From NCBI GenBank assembly GCA_037441705.1, contig JBBIRR010000014.1:13229-77228 (forward strand): 64,000 nt of DNA. The letters are read 5' to 3'. This stretch comes from Ignavibacteriales bacterium. Its GTDB lineage: Bacteria; Bacteroidota; Ignavibacteria; UBA10030; UBA6906. The notes beneath the pieces were generated by a model. The model saw only the letters and a list, made by a program, of their open reading frames with translations. It was not told where the DNA came from and did not search any database. Position numbers and translations under genes: made by a program. Shown in pieces: positions 38,314 to 48,864 of the stretch (its first letter is position 1; the number at the start of each line of letters is the position of its first letter).

Positions 38314-40755
38314 TTGTCCACACGAAAGAAGGTCATCCTCGGAATCCTTGGCGTCCTCGCGGTAACGCTTATCGCGGGTCTCTTCTTTGTTCGGTCGCAG
38401 ATTCGCAAATCGTTTCCGGAAACATCAGGCTCCATCGCAGTGCCGGGCATTGTTCAACCCGTCGAGATTGTGCGGGACGACTACGGTGTGCCGCGCATTG
38501 AAGCACAGAACGAGCACGATCTGTTCTTCGCGCTCGGCTACGTGCACGCCCAGGATCGTCTCTGGCAGATGGACATTACACGCCGCATCGGACAGGGTCG
38601 CCTTTCCGAACTTCTCGGTCTCGTGACACTGGATTTCGACCGGATGTTCCGCATCATCGGCATACGCAGAATTGCCGAAGAAGTGGAGCGCGCGATCACT
38701 CCTGCCTCACGCTCGCGCCTGCAGGCCTATGCCGACGGCGTGAATGCCTTCATCACGTCTCACAAGGGAAAGTATCCCATCGAGTTCGATTTGCTGCGCT
38801 ACGAGCCTGAACCGTGGACGCCGCTGCACAGCATCATCATCGGCAGACTGATGGCGTGGGAACTGAACCTTTCGTGGTGGACTGACCTCACGCTTGGCGC
38901 GCTTGTCGAGCGAGTCGGCTACGAAAAGGCCCGTGAGGTCTTTCCCTCCTATCCCCCAGAAGTGCCGCCGATTGTGCCGGCAAGCGAATGGCGCAAGGTT
39001 GTGAAACCGGCTTTGGCATTTCTCCAAACGGCTCAGGACTACTGCGCCTTCCGCGGCATCGGGGGTCTCCTGGGCGGAAGCAACGCGTGGGTTGTTGCTC
39101 CGCAGAAATCCGAATCAAACGCCGTTCTGCTCGCCAACGACACGCACCTGCAGCTGACCAATCCGTCCAAGTGGTACGAGGTGAGCCTGCACGGCGCCGG
39201 CTACAACGTCATGGGATTCTCCATTCCCGGCGTGCCCGGCATCGTTGCAGGGAATAATGCCGACATTGCATGGGGATTGACCAACACGATGGCCGATGAT
39301 GCAGACTTCTACGTCGAGCGCATTGATTCGACCGACTCGAGCAGATACATCTACGATGGGCAGTCGCTTCCACTCACCATTCGTGAAGAAGAAATCCTTG
39401 TGCGGGATGACACCCTGCACTACGTTACCATCCGCTCCACGCATCACGGCCCCATTGTGACGGACATTCACACCATGCTGAAAAAGGCGCGCCTTCCTTT
39501 CGTGGCTTCAATGCGATGGACCGGCGCAGAGATCAGCGACCAGATCGAAGCGTTCAACATCATCAATCGTGCACACACCTGGCAGGAGTTTGTTGCAGGC
39601 GTGAAGGAGTTCAGCGGACCGGGGCAGAACTTCGTTTACGGAGATGTGCACGGGAACATCGGCTACTGGTGCGGCGTGTGGCTGCCCAAACGTCCGCCCG
39701 CCGTTCAGTCGCTGCTTCCGCTTCCGGGCTGGGAGACATCCACCGAGTGGCAAGGGTTCGTGCCGTTCGAGCAGCTTCCGCATCTCTACAATCCACCCGA
39801 AGGGTTTATCGCAACAGCAAACAACAAGATTGTGGACGACAGCTATCCCTATCACATCTCGGCGTTGTGGGAGCCTCCTGCTCGGTTCTTGCGGCTGCGA
39901 GAAGAACTGAGCAAAGAGCAGAAGTTCTCTCCTGCGGACTTCGAGAGGCTGCAGAATGATCAGTTCTCCTACTATGCAAAGCGATTCACGCCGTACATTC
40001 TTGCAGCGTGCAAGGGGAAGCTCGATCCGCCGTATGGGGAGCTTGTGATGGATTATTTTTCTAACTGGAACTTCGTTTTCTCGCGCGAGGATATCGTCAC
40101 GGCCATCTTCCAACAATTTCTTACCCATCTGATGAAGAATCTGTATGAAGATGAGATGGGCAGCGATCTCCTGCACGACTACCTGCTGCTGGTCAACATC
40201 CCGCTGCGCGTTACCATGCGGCTCGTCGAGCAAGATACCACATCATGGTTCGACGACATCCGCACAAGCGCGGTCGAAACGCGGGACGACATTCTGCTGC
40301 AGAGCATGAAGGACGCCATCAACGCCCTCCGAACGACATTGGGTGATGAAACGAAAAACTGGCAGTGGGGCAACCTGCACACGGTCACGCTGCAGCATCC
40401 GTTCGGACTGAAGAAGCCGTTGGACAAGATTTTCAACATCGGACCGTTCCCGTATGGCGGTGCATCCACTGCACTCACCAGCGGCGAGTACAGTTTCAAC
40501 GATGCATTGCAGCCGGGTCCGTTGAATGTTCCGTTCGGCGTGACCGTCGGGGCTTCCTTCCGCCGCATTGTTGATATGAGCACTCCGTTCGAGGCACGAT
40601 CGATTCTGCCCAGCGGACAATCGGGCCAGCCCTTTCACGATCATTTCGATGATCAGACGGCGCTGTGGCTGAATGGAGCGTACAAGACGGTCCGCGCGGA
40701 CAGACAGGCAACGCAACAGCATGCTTCACGCTTAACCCTCATGCCACCGCCATGA
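38314..40755 (+). CDS. Penicillin acylase family (S45 Ntn-hydrolase)
   Basis: RDDYGVP, GYVHAQDRLWQMD, GSNAWVV nucleophile, LLANDTHL, PSGQSG; TTG start. Confidence 0.93.
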   Translation: MSTRKKVILGILGVLAVTLIAGLFFVRSQIRKSFPETSGSIAVPGIVQPVEIVRDDYGVPRIEAQNEHDLFFALGYVHAQDRLWQMDITRRIGQGRLSELLGLVTLDFDRMFRIIGIRRIAEEVERAITPASRSRLQAYADGVNAFITSHKGKYPIEFDLLRYEPEPWTPLHSIIIGRLMAWELNLSWWTDLTLGALVERVGYEKAREVFPSYPPEVPPIVPASEWRKVVKPALAFLQTAQDYCAFRGIGGLLGGSNAWVVAPQKSESNAVLLANDTHLQLTNPSKWYEVSLHGAGYNVMGFSIPGVPGIVAGNNADIAWGLTNTMADDADFYVERIDSTDSSRYIYDGQSLPLTIREEEILVRDDTLHYVTIRSTHHGPIVTDIHTMLKKARLPFVASMRWTGAEISDQIEAFNIINRAHTWQEFVAGVKEFSGPGQNFVYGDVHGNIGYWCGVWLPKRPPAVQSLLPLPGWETSTEWQGFVPFEQLPHLYNPPEGFIATANNKIVDDSYPYHISALWEPPARFLRLREELSKEQKFSPADFERLQNDQFSYYAKRFTPYILAACKGKLDPPYGELVMDYFSNWNFVFSREDIVTAIFQQFLTHLMKNLYEDEMGSDLLHDYLLLVNIPLRVTMRLVEQDTTSWFDDIRTSAVETRDDILLQSMKDAINALRTTLGDETKNWQWGNLHTVTLQHPFGLKKPLDKIFNIGPFPYGGASTALTSGEYSFNDALQPGPLNVPFGVTVGASFRRIVDMSTPFEARSILPSGQSGQPFHDHFDDQTALWLNGAYKTVRADRQATQQHASRLTLMPPP

Positions 40756-41510
40756 TCTGTTCCCCGAGCACTCAAGCTGCCCTTGCGCGTGCTGAACGCG
40801 TCGTTGCTTTCACGGGCGCCGGCATCTCCGCCGAGAGCGGCGTCCCCACCTTCCGCGGCACCGACGGCATCTGGGCGAAATTCAAACCCGAAGAGCTTGC
40901 CAACCTCAATGCCTTCCTCCGCAATCCGGAATTGGTGTGGGAATGGTACGCCGCGCGCAAGAAGGTGATTGCAGAGGTTCAACCCAATCCAGGACATTAT
41001 GCCCTGGCGGAGATGGAACAGATTTTTCCGTCGTTTGCAGTCGTCACACAGAACATCGACAACCTCCATCGGCGGGCCGGCAGCAAGCGCGTGTTCGAAC
41101 TGCACGGCAACATCGAGCGCAACTACTGCATGCAGTGCGGCACGCCGTTTACAAATGAGTATGTCTTGCAGGGACCCGCTGTCCCGCGCTGCCACTGCGG
41201 CGGTCTGATACGGCCCGACGTCGTATGGTTCGGCGAGTTCCTTCCCGAGAACGAATGGGCGGGAGCGGAACAGGCATGCCGCAGTGCCGACGTCCTGCTT
41301 TCCATCGGCACATCGGGCGTTGTGTATCCCGCAGCGTCCCTGCCTCTCGAAGCCAAGCGCGGCGGCGCGTACATCATCGAGGTCAATTGCGAGACAACGC
41401 CGCTGACGGACTACGCGGACGAATTCTTGCAGGGCAAGGCCGGCGATATCCTGCCTCTGCTCGTCCGCGACATCAAACGCCTACGGTCATCCGTTCCCCA
41501 ACGAGAGTAG
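40752..41510 (+). CDS. cobB: NAD-dependent protein deacylase (class III sirtuin)
   Basis: TGAGISAESGVPTFRG, WEWYAAR, TQNIDNLH, LHG, RPDVVWFGE, GTSGVVYPAA. Confidence 0.95.
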   Translation: MICSPSTQAALARAERVVAFTGAGISAESGVPTFRGTDGIWAKFKPEELANLNAFLRNPELVWEWYAARKKVIAEVQPNPGHYALAEMEQIFPSFAVVTQNIDNLHRRAGSKRVFELHGNIERNYCMQCGTPFTNEYVLQGPAVPRCHCGGLIRPDVVWFGEFLPENEWAGAEQACRSADVLLSIGTSGVVYPAASLPLEAKRGGAYIIEVNCETTPLTDYADEFLQGKAGDILPLLVRDIKRLRSSVPQRE

Positions 41511-41523
41511 GAACGCTGCATCC

Positions 41524-42966
41524 ATGACGCCCACGCGCTTTAACAACACCAAGATCGTCGCAACGCTCGGCCCGTCCACCAACTCCGTGGACATGATCGT
41601 CCGGCTCATTCAGTCCGGCGTTGATGTAGTCCGATTGAATTTCTCGCACGGCACACAGGAGGATCATCTGCGGGCGTTGATGAACCTTCGGGAGGCCGTG
41701 CGACGAACGAACGACCTCGTGGCGGTGCTCCAGGATCTTCAGGGTCCGAAGATTCGCATCGGCGATCTCTCAACGCCCTTCATTGAACTGCGGCAGGGAG
41801 AGACCTTTACGATCACGACCGACCCGATCATCGGCGATCGAACACGGGTGGCAACGACGTATGCTAACCTTACGCGCGATGTTCATCCGGGCGATGTGAT
41901 CTTGCTGGACGATGGAAAACTGCGCGTGCGGGTGATGGAAGTCCGCGGCAACGACGTTCGCTGTGAGGTGATCGTGGGGGGAACGCTTTCCGCTCACAAG
42001 GGCATCAACCTTCCCAACGTCGCCGTCAGTACGCCGTCGCTGACGGCAAAAGATATTCGTGACCTTGAATTCGGCATCGCACACGATATTGATTACGTTG
42101 CGCTTTCGTTCGTCCGCACCGCCGATGACATCCGCCAGCTGCGCAAAGCGATTGTCGAGAGAATCGAGAAGAGCCGCTTCCTGCCTATCGTGGCAAAAAT
42201 CGAAAAGCCGCAGGCCGTCGCCAACATGGACGAGATCATCGCAGAGGCGGACGCGATCATGATCGCCCGCGGTGACCTTGGCGTCGAGCTGCCGCCCGAA
42301 GATGTGCCGATGCTGCAGAAGAAGATCATCCGCAAGTGCAACGACGCGGGCAAGCCGGTGATTATCGCAACGCAGATGTTAGAGTCGATGATCAACAGCC
42401 CTACGCCCACGCGCGCCGAAGCCAACGACGTCGCCAACGGCGTCGTTGACGGTGCCGATGCGGTGATGCTCAGCGGCGAGACCTCGGTAGGACGATACCC
42501 TCTCGAAGCGGTTCAGATCATGGACCGCATCATTCGGAAAGTCGAAGCCGAGCATCTCGGCACGCATCGGATTCTCGACCATCCTCACACGGGCGTGAGC
42601 AGCAGGCACGACGCCCTCGGACGCGCGGCGTGTGTGCTTGCCGAGCAGATGCATGCCGCCGCGATTGTGTGTGTGACGCATTCCGGCGAAACCGCCCGTG
42701 TGCTTTCGCACTACCGTCCGCGCACACGCATCATCGCCATCACCGACCGCGTCAAAATCCTCCGACGACTAAAGCTGATCTGGGGCGTGCACGGCATTGT
42801 GGTGGAATCCCTCGAGCCGGATTCGGACAAAGCCGTGCGGCAAATCCAGGACAAGCTGTTGAATCTGGGCCTGATTCAACGCGGCGAGTACATTGTGCTG
42901 CTGGCAGGACAGCCCTTCTTCGCCCGCGGCTCCACGAATTTCATCGAAGTCGAAAAGGTAACGTGA
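41524..42966 (+). CDS. pyk: Pyruvate kinase
   Basis: TKIVATLGP, RLNFSHG, DLQGPKIR, ARGDLGVE, ATQMLESM, MLSGET. Confidence 0.98.
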   Translation: MTPTRFNNTKIVATLGPSTNSVDMIVRLIQSGVDVVRLNFSHGTQEDHLRALMNLREAVRRTNDLVAVLQDLQGPKIRIGDLSTPFIELRQGETFTITTDPIIGDRTRVATTYANLTRDVHPGDVILLDDGKLRVRVMEVRGNDVRCEVIVGGTLSAHKGINLPNVAVSTPSLTAKDIRDLEFGIAHDIDYVALSFVRTADDIRQLRKAIVERIEKSRFLPIVAKIEKPQAVANMDEIIAEADAIMIARGDLGVELPPEDVPMLQKKIIRKCNDAGKPVIIATQMLESMINSPTPTRAEANDVANGVVDGADAVMLSGETSVGRYPLEAVQIMDRIIRKVEAEHLGTHRILDHPHTGVSSRHDALGRAACVLAEQMHAAAIVCVTHSGETARVLSHYRPRTRIIAITDRVKILRRLKLIWGVHGIVVESLEPDSDKAVRQIQDKLLNLGLIQRGEYIVLLAGQPFFARGSTNFIEVEKVT

Positions 42967-43664
42967 ACGTGCCGTCATCGAGTACCGTGGACACATCTGC
43001 CGTCATCACAGCAACTGCTGCGCACGTTCAAGCCAGGCTTTCCGGCGAAGGTTCGGGGCATGATTGGTTCCACGTCGAACGCGTCTGGCGGATGGCAACC
43101 TATCTTGCGGAGCAGGAAGGGGCCGACCGTTTCGTGACCGAGCTTGCCGCCTTGCTGCACGACGTGGCAGATTGGAAATTCTCAGGCGATGCGACGGCCG
43201 GAGCGCGCGAGGCCCGGGCGTGGCTCGAGAGCCTCGGCGTTGAACGGGCAACGATTGATCATGTCTGCGACATTATCGCGCGTGTCTCGTTCAAAGGCGC
43301 CGGGGTCCCCGATCGGATGCCGACAAAGGAGGGAATGGTTGTGCAGGACGCCGACCGCCTCGACGCGCTCGGGGCGATCGGCATCGCGCGCGCCTTTGCG
43401 TACGGAGGACACGCCCACCGTGAGCTGTACAATCCCTCCCTTCCTCCAACACATCACCACTCCTTTGAAGAGTACAGAAACAACCGGGGAACAACGATCA
43501 ATCATTTCTACGAAAAACTCTTGCTCCTGAAAGATCGCATGAATACGCCCACCGCACGAACGATCGCCGCACAGCGCCATGCATTCATGGAAGAATTCTT
43601 ACAGCGCTTCTTTCGGGAGTGGGATGGTAATGATAGAGAGACTGCTTATCAGAAGAGGACGTAG
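42963..43664 (+). CDS. HD-domain phosphohydrolase (YedJ-like)
   Basis: GHDWFHVERV, ALLHDVAD, VQDADRLDALGAIG, HFYEKLL; GTG start inferred. Confidence 0.9.
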   Translation: MNVPSSSTVDTSAVITATAAHVQARLSGEGSGHDWFHVERVWRMATYLAEQEGADRFVTELAALLHDVADWKFSGDATAGAREARAWLESLGVERATIDHVCDIIARVSFKGAGVPDRMPTKEGMVVQDADRLDALGAIGIARAFAYGGHAHRELYNPSLPPTHHHSFEEYRNNRGTTINHFYEKLLLLKDRMNTPTARTIAAQRHAFMEEFLQRFFREWDGNDRETAYQKRT

Positions 43665-43666
43665 CA

Positions 43667-45670
43667 ATGAACCGATGGACGTTTCTTCTCGTCATGATGT
43701 TTTCGATGAACGGGTTCGCACAGCCGGACTATCCCTTCACGCCCGTGCCCTTTACGGAGGTGAGGCTTCACGACAGCTTCTGGCAGCCGCGCCTCGAAAC
43801 CAATCGAACGGTCACGATACCCGCCTCGTTCGAACAATGTCGCCTCACGGGCCGCATCAAAAACTTCGAGATGGCGGCCGCGCGGGCCGGCAAGTTCTGC
43901 ACAAAATACTCCTTTGACGATACCGATGTGTACAAAACCATCGAGGGGGCATCCTACACACTCAGTACGCATCCCGACGCAGGTCTCGACGCGTATCTCG
44001 ACAGCCTCATTGTGCTTGTTGCCCGCGCCCAGGAGCCTGACGGATATCTCTTCACCGAACGGACGATTGACCCCGTTAACACGAGCGCGAGAATCGGTAG
44101 CGAACGCTGGGTGAATGAACGGCTGCACAGCCATGAGCTTTACAACGCAGGACACCTTTACGAGACTGCCGTAGCGCACTATCGGGCTACCGGCAAGCGC
44201 TCATTGCTCGATATCGCACTCAAGAACGCCCGGTTGATTGCCGCAACCTTCGGTCCCGACAAACGCCGCGTTGCACCGGGGCATCAGGTGATCGAGATGG
44301 GGTTGGTGAAGCTCTTCCGCGTCACCGGAGACACAACGTTCTTGCGTCTGGCAAAGTTTTTTCTTGAGGAACGCGGGCGCGTTCGGTATGACACAACGAG
44401 CAACGACGTCTTCAAGAACGGCATGTACTGGCAGGATCACCTCCCCGTTGTTCGACAGCGTGAAGCAGTCGGGCATGCGGTGCGTGCGATGTACATGTAC
44501 AGCGGCATGGCCGATATTGCCGCACTGACACGGGATACTGCGTACGTGCAGGCGATTGATGCATTATGGGACAATGTCGTGTCAAAGAAGATGTATGTTC
44601 ATGGCGGCATCGGAGCAGCGGGAGACGGCGAACGGTTCGGCAAGAACTACGAGCTGCCCAATCGCGATGCCTACTGCGAAACCTGTGCGGCAATCGGTAA
44701 CGTGTTCTGGAACCATCGCATGTTCCTGCTTCACGGACATGCGAAGTACATAGACGTTCTCGAACGCATTCTGTACAACGGATTGATCTCCGGCTATGGC
44801 CTGGATGGCAAAACCTTCTTCTACACGAACGCCATGCAGATCAGCAAACATTACCGGCATCCGGACATCGAGCTTTCGCGCTCCCCGTGGTTTCCCTGCT
44901 CATGCTGTCCCACCAACATCACCAGATTCATTCCCACGATTCCGGGATACGTCTACGCACGAAGAGGGAATTCCCTCTTCGTCAATCTTTTCATCGCAAG
45001 CGAGACGGACGTGACGCTCTCGAGCGGCATACGCGTCGCTGTGCAGCAGGAGACAAACTATCCATGGCAGGGCAATATCCGGCTGACCCTGCGGCCGAAA
45101 ACACCTGTACGATTTGCGCTCCACCTCCGCATCCCCGGATGGCTGCAGCAGCCCGTTCCGTCGGATTTGTACAGCTATCTTTCATCCGAGAGCAACTCAT
45201 ACTCACTAACGCTCAACGGACGTGAGATGAAGCCGCAGATACATGATGGTTATGCCGTGCTCGATAGAACGTGGAGAGAAGGTGATGTTGTCGTCCTCGA
45301 GCTTCCGATGACTGTTCGCCGCATTGTCTCCCATCCCGCAGTCAAGGAAAATGCCGGCAAGGTGGCGTTGCAGCGAGGACCGTTGGTGTATTGTGCAGAA
45401 TGGATTGACAACGCGGGGGCGACTGGCAACATCATCCTTCCCGACGCCGTGCCGTTGAGAGCGGAGATGCGTACCGATCTCTTCGGCGGGATCGTCGCGA
45501 TAACCGGTGAAGTCCCCGCCTACAAACTTGCCGAGGACGGCATCACCATCACAACCGTGCGGCAGCCGTTCGTTGCCATCCCCTACTACACGTGGGCACA
45601 CCGCGGTGAGGGAGAGATGACCATCTGGCTGCCGCGACGTACCACTGCACTCGAAATCATCTCCAACTAA
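43667..45670 (+). CDS. Exported glycoside hydrolase family 127 (beta-L-arabinofuranosidase-like)
   Basis: HELYNAGH, GHAVRAMY, YCETCAAIG, CSCCPTN, YPWQG, RGPLVYC. Confidence 0.92.
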   Translation: MNRWTFLLVMMFSMNGFAQPDYPFTPVPFTEVRLHDSFWQPRLETNRTVTIPASFEQCRLTGRIKNFEMAAARAGKFCTKYSFDDTDVYKTIEGASYTLSTHPDAGLDAYLDSLIVLVARAQEPDGYLFTERTIDPVNTSARIGSERWVNERLHSHELYNAGHLYETAVAHYRATGKRSLLDIALKNARLIAATFGPDKRRVAPGHQVIEMGLVKLFRVTGDTTFLRLAKFFLEERGRVRYDTTSNDVFKNGMYWQDHLPVVRQREAVGHAVRAMYMYSGMADIAALTRDTAYVQAIDALWDNVVSKKMYVHGGIGAAGDGERFGKNYELPNRDAYCETCAAIGNVFWNHRMFLLHGHAKYIDVLERILYNGLISGYGLDGKTFFYTNAMQISKHYRHPDIELSRSPWFPCSCCPTNITRFIPTIPGYVYARRGNSLFVNLFIASETDVTLSSGIRVAVQQETNYPWQGNIRLTLRPKTPVRFALHLRIPGWLQQPVPSDLYSYLSSESNSYSLTLNGREMKPQIHDGYAVLDRTWREGDVVVLELPMTVRRIVSHPAVKENAGKVALQRGPLVYCAEWIDNAGATGNIILPDAVPLRAEMRTDLFGGIVAITGEVPAYKLAEDGITITTVRQPFVAIPYYTWAHRGEGEMTIWLPRRTTALEIISN

Positions 45671-45677
45671 AAACACC

Positions 45678-46394
45678 ATGGAATCTGCGCTGACGATGGA
45701 ACGACTTGCCGACGGCGTGTTATGGTATGTCGTATTTCTGTTCTCCACCACGCTGCACGAAGCCGCACATGCCTTCACGGCGATGAAGTTAGGCGACTAC
45801 ACCGCCTATCATGGCGGGCAGGTGACGCTGAATCCTGCGCCGCACATGCGCCGCGAGCCGTTCGGGACGGTGATCATGCCGATACTCTCGTTCTTCATGA
45901 GCGGATGGATGATGGGATGGGCAAGTGCACCGTACGACCCACACTGGGCGCTTCGCTATCCACGTCGGGCAGCCCTCATGTCGCTTGCAGGCCCCGCAGC
46001 AAACTTGCTGCTCGTGGTGTGCGCCGGCGTGCTCATCAGACTCGGCATGGCGCTCGGCATTTTCGCCCCTCCCGAAAGCATTACCTTCATGCATCTCACC
46101 GATGCACCCGGCGGCAGCCTCTGGACGCATGCTGCAACGATGGTGAGTGTGTTCTTCTCACTTAATCTTCTGCTCTTTGCGTTCAACCTTCTGCCCGTCC
46201 CGCCGCTGGATGGCAGCGGTGTGCTGCCGCTGTTCATGAGCGAACGGTTGGGCCAAAAGTACATGCGTCTCCTGTATCGCTCAGGTCTTGCGCTCGTCGG
46301 CCTGATTGTCGCGTGGCAGATGTTTGGGTACGTGTACAGACCGCTGCACTTCATTGCCATCAATTTGCTCTACCCGGGGCTGCATTATCAGTAA
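45678..46394 (+). CDS. Site-2 protease family (M50) membrane peptidase
   Basis: HEAAH, TLNP, AGPAAN, FNLLPVPPLDG. Confidence 0.92.
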   Translation: MESALTMERLADGVLWYVVFLFSTTLHEAAHAFTAMKLGDYTAYHGGQVTLNPAPHMRREPFGTVIMPILSFFMSGWMMGWASAPYDPHWALRYPRRAALMSLAGPAANLLLVVCAGVLIRLGMALGIFAPPESITFMHLTDAPGGSLWTHAATMVSVFFSLNLLLFAFNLLPVPPLDGSGVLPLFMSERLGQKYMRLLYRSGLALVGLIVAWQMFGYVYRPLHFIAINLLYPGLHYQ

Positions 46395-46447
46395 TCACGC
46401 TCATCATATAGTTGGAGTCTCGGTATTGACTTTGCCTGCACCACGCC

Positions 46448-46981
46448 ATGCACCTCGAATCCGCAATCCTCAAAGAACACTCGAAGCGTAACACCATGCG
46501 CATAGCGCGATGGGTGGGGAGCGACCGGCGGCGCTTCGGCCAATTGATGCGCTGTTTCTTGAAAGGTGAGTATCGTATCACGCAACGCGCGGCGTGGATC
46601 GTCTCGTGCTGTGCTGAACAGCATCCCCAGCTTCTCCTACCCTACCTCGGAAGGATGCTCGATCGGATGATGGAGCCGGGAGTTCACGTAGCGGTGAAGC
46701 GGAACGTCGTTCGCATTCTTCAGTTCATCACTGTTCCGAAGAAGCTGCAGGGAAAGGTGGCAACCATTTGCTTCGGCCTCCTCACGTCGCAACACGAGCC
46801 TGTTGCTGTCCGCTGTTTTTCCATGACCGTCCTTGCCAACATCGCCCGGCAGGAGCCTGAGTTGAAGAGGGAACTTCGGCTTGTCATCGAACAGCAACTT
46901 CCATGGGGAACTCCGGGCATCAACGCGCGCGGCAAGAGAATCCTCAGGCAGCTGAATCATCTGGGACACGTGGACTCTTGA
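46448..46981 (+). CDS. Conserved hypothetical helical-repeat (HEAT/ARM-like) protein
   Basis: QRAAWIV, HVAVKRNVVRILQ, AVRCFSM; helical pattern. Confidence 0.65.
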   Translation: MHLESAILKEHSKRNTMRIARWVGSDRRRFGQLMRCFLKGEYRITQRAAWIVSCCAEQHPQLLLPYLGRMLDRMMEPGVHVAVKRNVVRILQFITVPKKLQGKVATICFGLLTSQHEPVAVRCFSMTVLANIARQEPELKRELRLVIEQQLPWGTPGINARGKRILRQLNHLGHVDS

Positions 46982-47020
46982 TACATGGATTCGCGAACGG
47001 GAGTCTCCGTGTGCCGTTTT

Positions 47021-48808
47021 CTAAATCGTGCTCTTCCTTCCTCTGTTCACCTGCTTGAGATACTCCATCAGAGGCTGGAAGTAGTCCAGCATGGCGCGTG
47101 CGCTCAGATCCTGACCCGTGGTTTCTTTGAGGACGGCGCGCCAATCCTTGCTCGCGCCGTGTTTCATGATGCTGCGCAGAAACGCCGCCACCTCTTTGTT
47201 GCCGTAGTAGTTGCACGAACGAGGATCCTGTTTGAGGATCGTGCGCGCGATGTGCTCGTGCAATTGGAACTTCAACACACACGAGAGGGCATAATCATAA
47301 TACTGCGCCGGGTCGTCAATGATGTGGGTTTTCGTCGCGGCATCGCAGTATTGCTCGCCGCGTGGTGAGGGCGGAACGATCCCCTGATACTGCTCTACGT
47401 ACTGCCACCAACGACTGTTGAACTGATCTTTCGGCAGATCCTGCTCGTAGAGATCGTGTTCGAAGTGCGACATCGTTCCGGCGGCAAAGGGGATGAACAC
47501 GACCGAGCTGCTGGCAAGCGCGTCGTTCAGCAGCCATTGTATCTGATCGATCGTTACGTCCGGCGACATCAGCCCCACCGCTTCGAGATAGGGCCGCTGC
47601 ATTGATGCGATCGCCATCAGGTCGCCGATGCCTTCGTGGTAGCTACGGTTTGCTCCGTCGCGCAGCACCAGCGGCACGTCGGGGTTGGAGTATTCGATGA
47701 AATAGTAGATGTGGCCGAGTTCATGATGGGTCGTGCGGAACCAATCGTCGTTCGGCTCCACACTCATCAGTGAGCGATAGTCATCTTCCAGATTCAGATG
47801 CCAGGCCGAGGCGTGGTTGTTCTTCTTGCGTGGCGATCCCGGCTCGACCGGATAGAGGTCGGATTTCTCCCAGAATGTCTGATTCAACTTCGGGAAGCCC
47901 ATGCTGACGTAGAAGTTCTCGGCCTGCTGCACAATCCACTCTTTCGACTTGTCCTTGAACAGCGCGTCGAGGTTCACCGCCTGCACAAGACCCGGCCAGT
48001 TCTGCCCCCACCGATTGGGCAGCCAGTGTGCCGGCAACTTTTCGGGCACCGGCTGGTTGTAGCGCCGGGCGAGTTCGTAGCGCGCGTAGGTATGCAGCTC
48101 GCGATAGAGCGGTCGCAGCTCGGCAAGCAGCTTGTTCATCAAGTCCATCATCTCCTGCGTGCTCATGCCGTAGTCCGCGACCTCAAGCCCGAAGTACGAA
48201 CTGTAGCCCATCTCGCGCGCAACGCGGTTGCGCAGGTGTTGAAGGTCCGCCAATCCATCCTTCAACTTCATTCCTACCCCTTTCGAGGTTTCCCACGCCG
48301 CGAGCCGTTCGTTGAGGTCCCTCGACTCCTGCAGGATGCGATCAATGTCGTTCGTCGTTACCTTCCTGGGTTTCCCGTTCCGGACCGTCATCACATACTC
48401 GTATCCGTAGAGAACACTCGTCTGTTTTGTGGTAGCGGCGATGAGCGAATCCACCGCAGCAGGGATGGTTCCGGGGCTATGTGCTGCTGCGAGCCGAATT
48501 TTTTCGAGCTGCCGTACCTGAAGCGGGTCCAGCTTTTCTTTCTGCGCGAGAAGTGCCCGTGTTCTTTCGATGACTTCGACGCTGCCCTGGAACTTTGCGA
48601 GCGCTTTTGTTGCTTCGGTTGCAAGGCTATCATGCCGGTCGCTGATGTCGGTGTTCGCCAGCCACTGTGCTTTGTTGGCGTCGTACAGAAGTTTCTGATA
48701 GTGCGCGGCGTACGATTGCAGAAAGTCTTCCGCCTCGCGCTTCGGATCGCCGGCGCATGAAATCAGGACACCGGCTGTGCACACAAGAATAAACAGACGA
48801 GCAAGCAT
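47021..48808 (-). CDS. M2 family peptidyl-dipeptidase (ACE homologue), lipoprotein
   Basis: Lipobox LIS-C; LPAHWL, HHELGHIYY, HEGIGD, CDAATKTH, DYFQPL; start at 48808 rather than 49390. Confidence 0.92.
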   Translation of the reverse strand: MLARLFILVCTAGVLISCAGDPKREAEDFLQSYAAHYQKLLYDANKAQWLANTDISDRHDSLATEATKALAKFQGSVEVIERTRALLAQKEKLDPLQVRQLEKIRLAAAHSPGTIPAAVDSLIAATTKQTSVLYGYEYVMTVRNGKPRKVTTNDIDRILQESRDLNERLAAWETSKGVGMKLKDGLADLQHLRNRVAREMGYSSYFGLEVADYGMSTQEMMDLMNKLLAELRPLYRELHTYARYELARRYNQPVPEKLPAHWLPNRWGQNWPGLVQAVNLDALFKDKSKEWIVQQAENFYVSMGFPKLNQTFWEKSDLYPVEPGSPRKKNNHASAWHLNLEDDYRSLMSVEPNDDWFRTTHHELGHIYYFIEYSNPDVPLVLRDGANRSYHEGIGDLMAIASMQRPYLEAVGLMSPDVTIDQIQWLLNDALASSSVVFIPFAAGTMSHFEHDLYEQDLPKDQFNSRWWQYVEQYQGIVPPSPRGEQYCDAATKTHIIDDPAQYYDYALSCVLKFQLHEHIARTILKQDPRSCNYYGNKEVAAFLRSIMKHGASKDWRAVLKETTGQDLSARAMLDYFQPLMEYLKQVNRGRKSTI

Positions 48809-48864
48809 GTCAATCCTCCATTTGTCAGAGAGAAAAGAGCCGTCGCGCCCGGGCAGCGTCCCGG

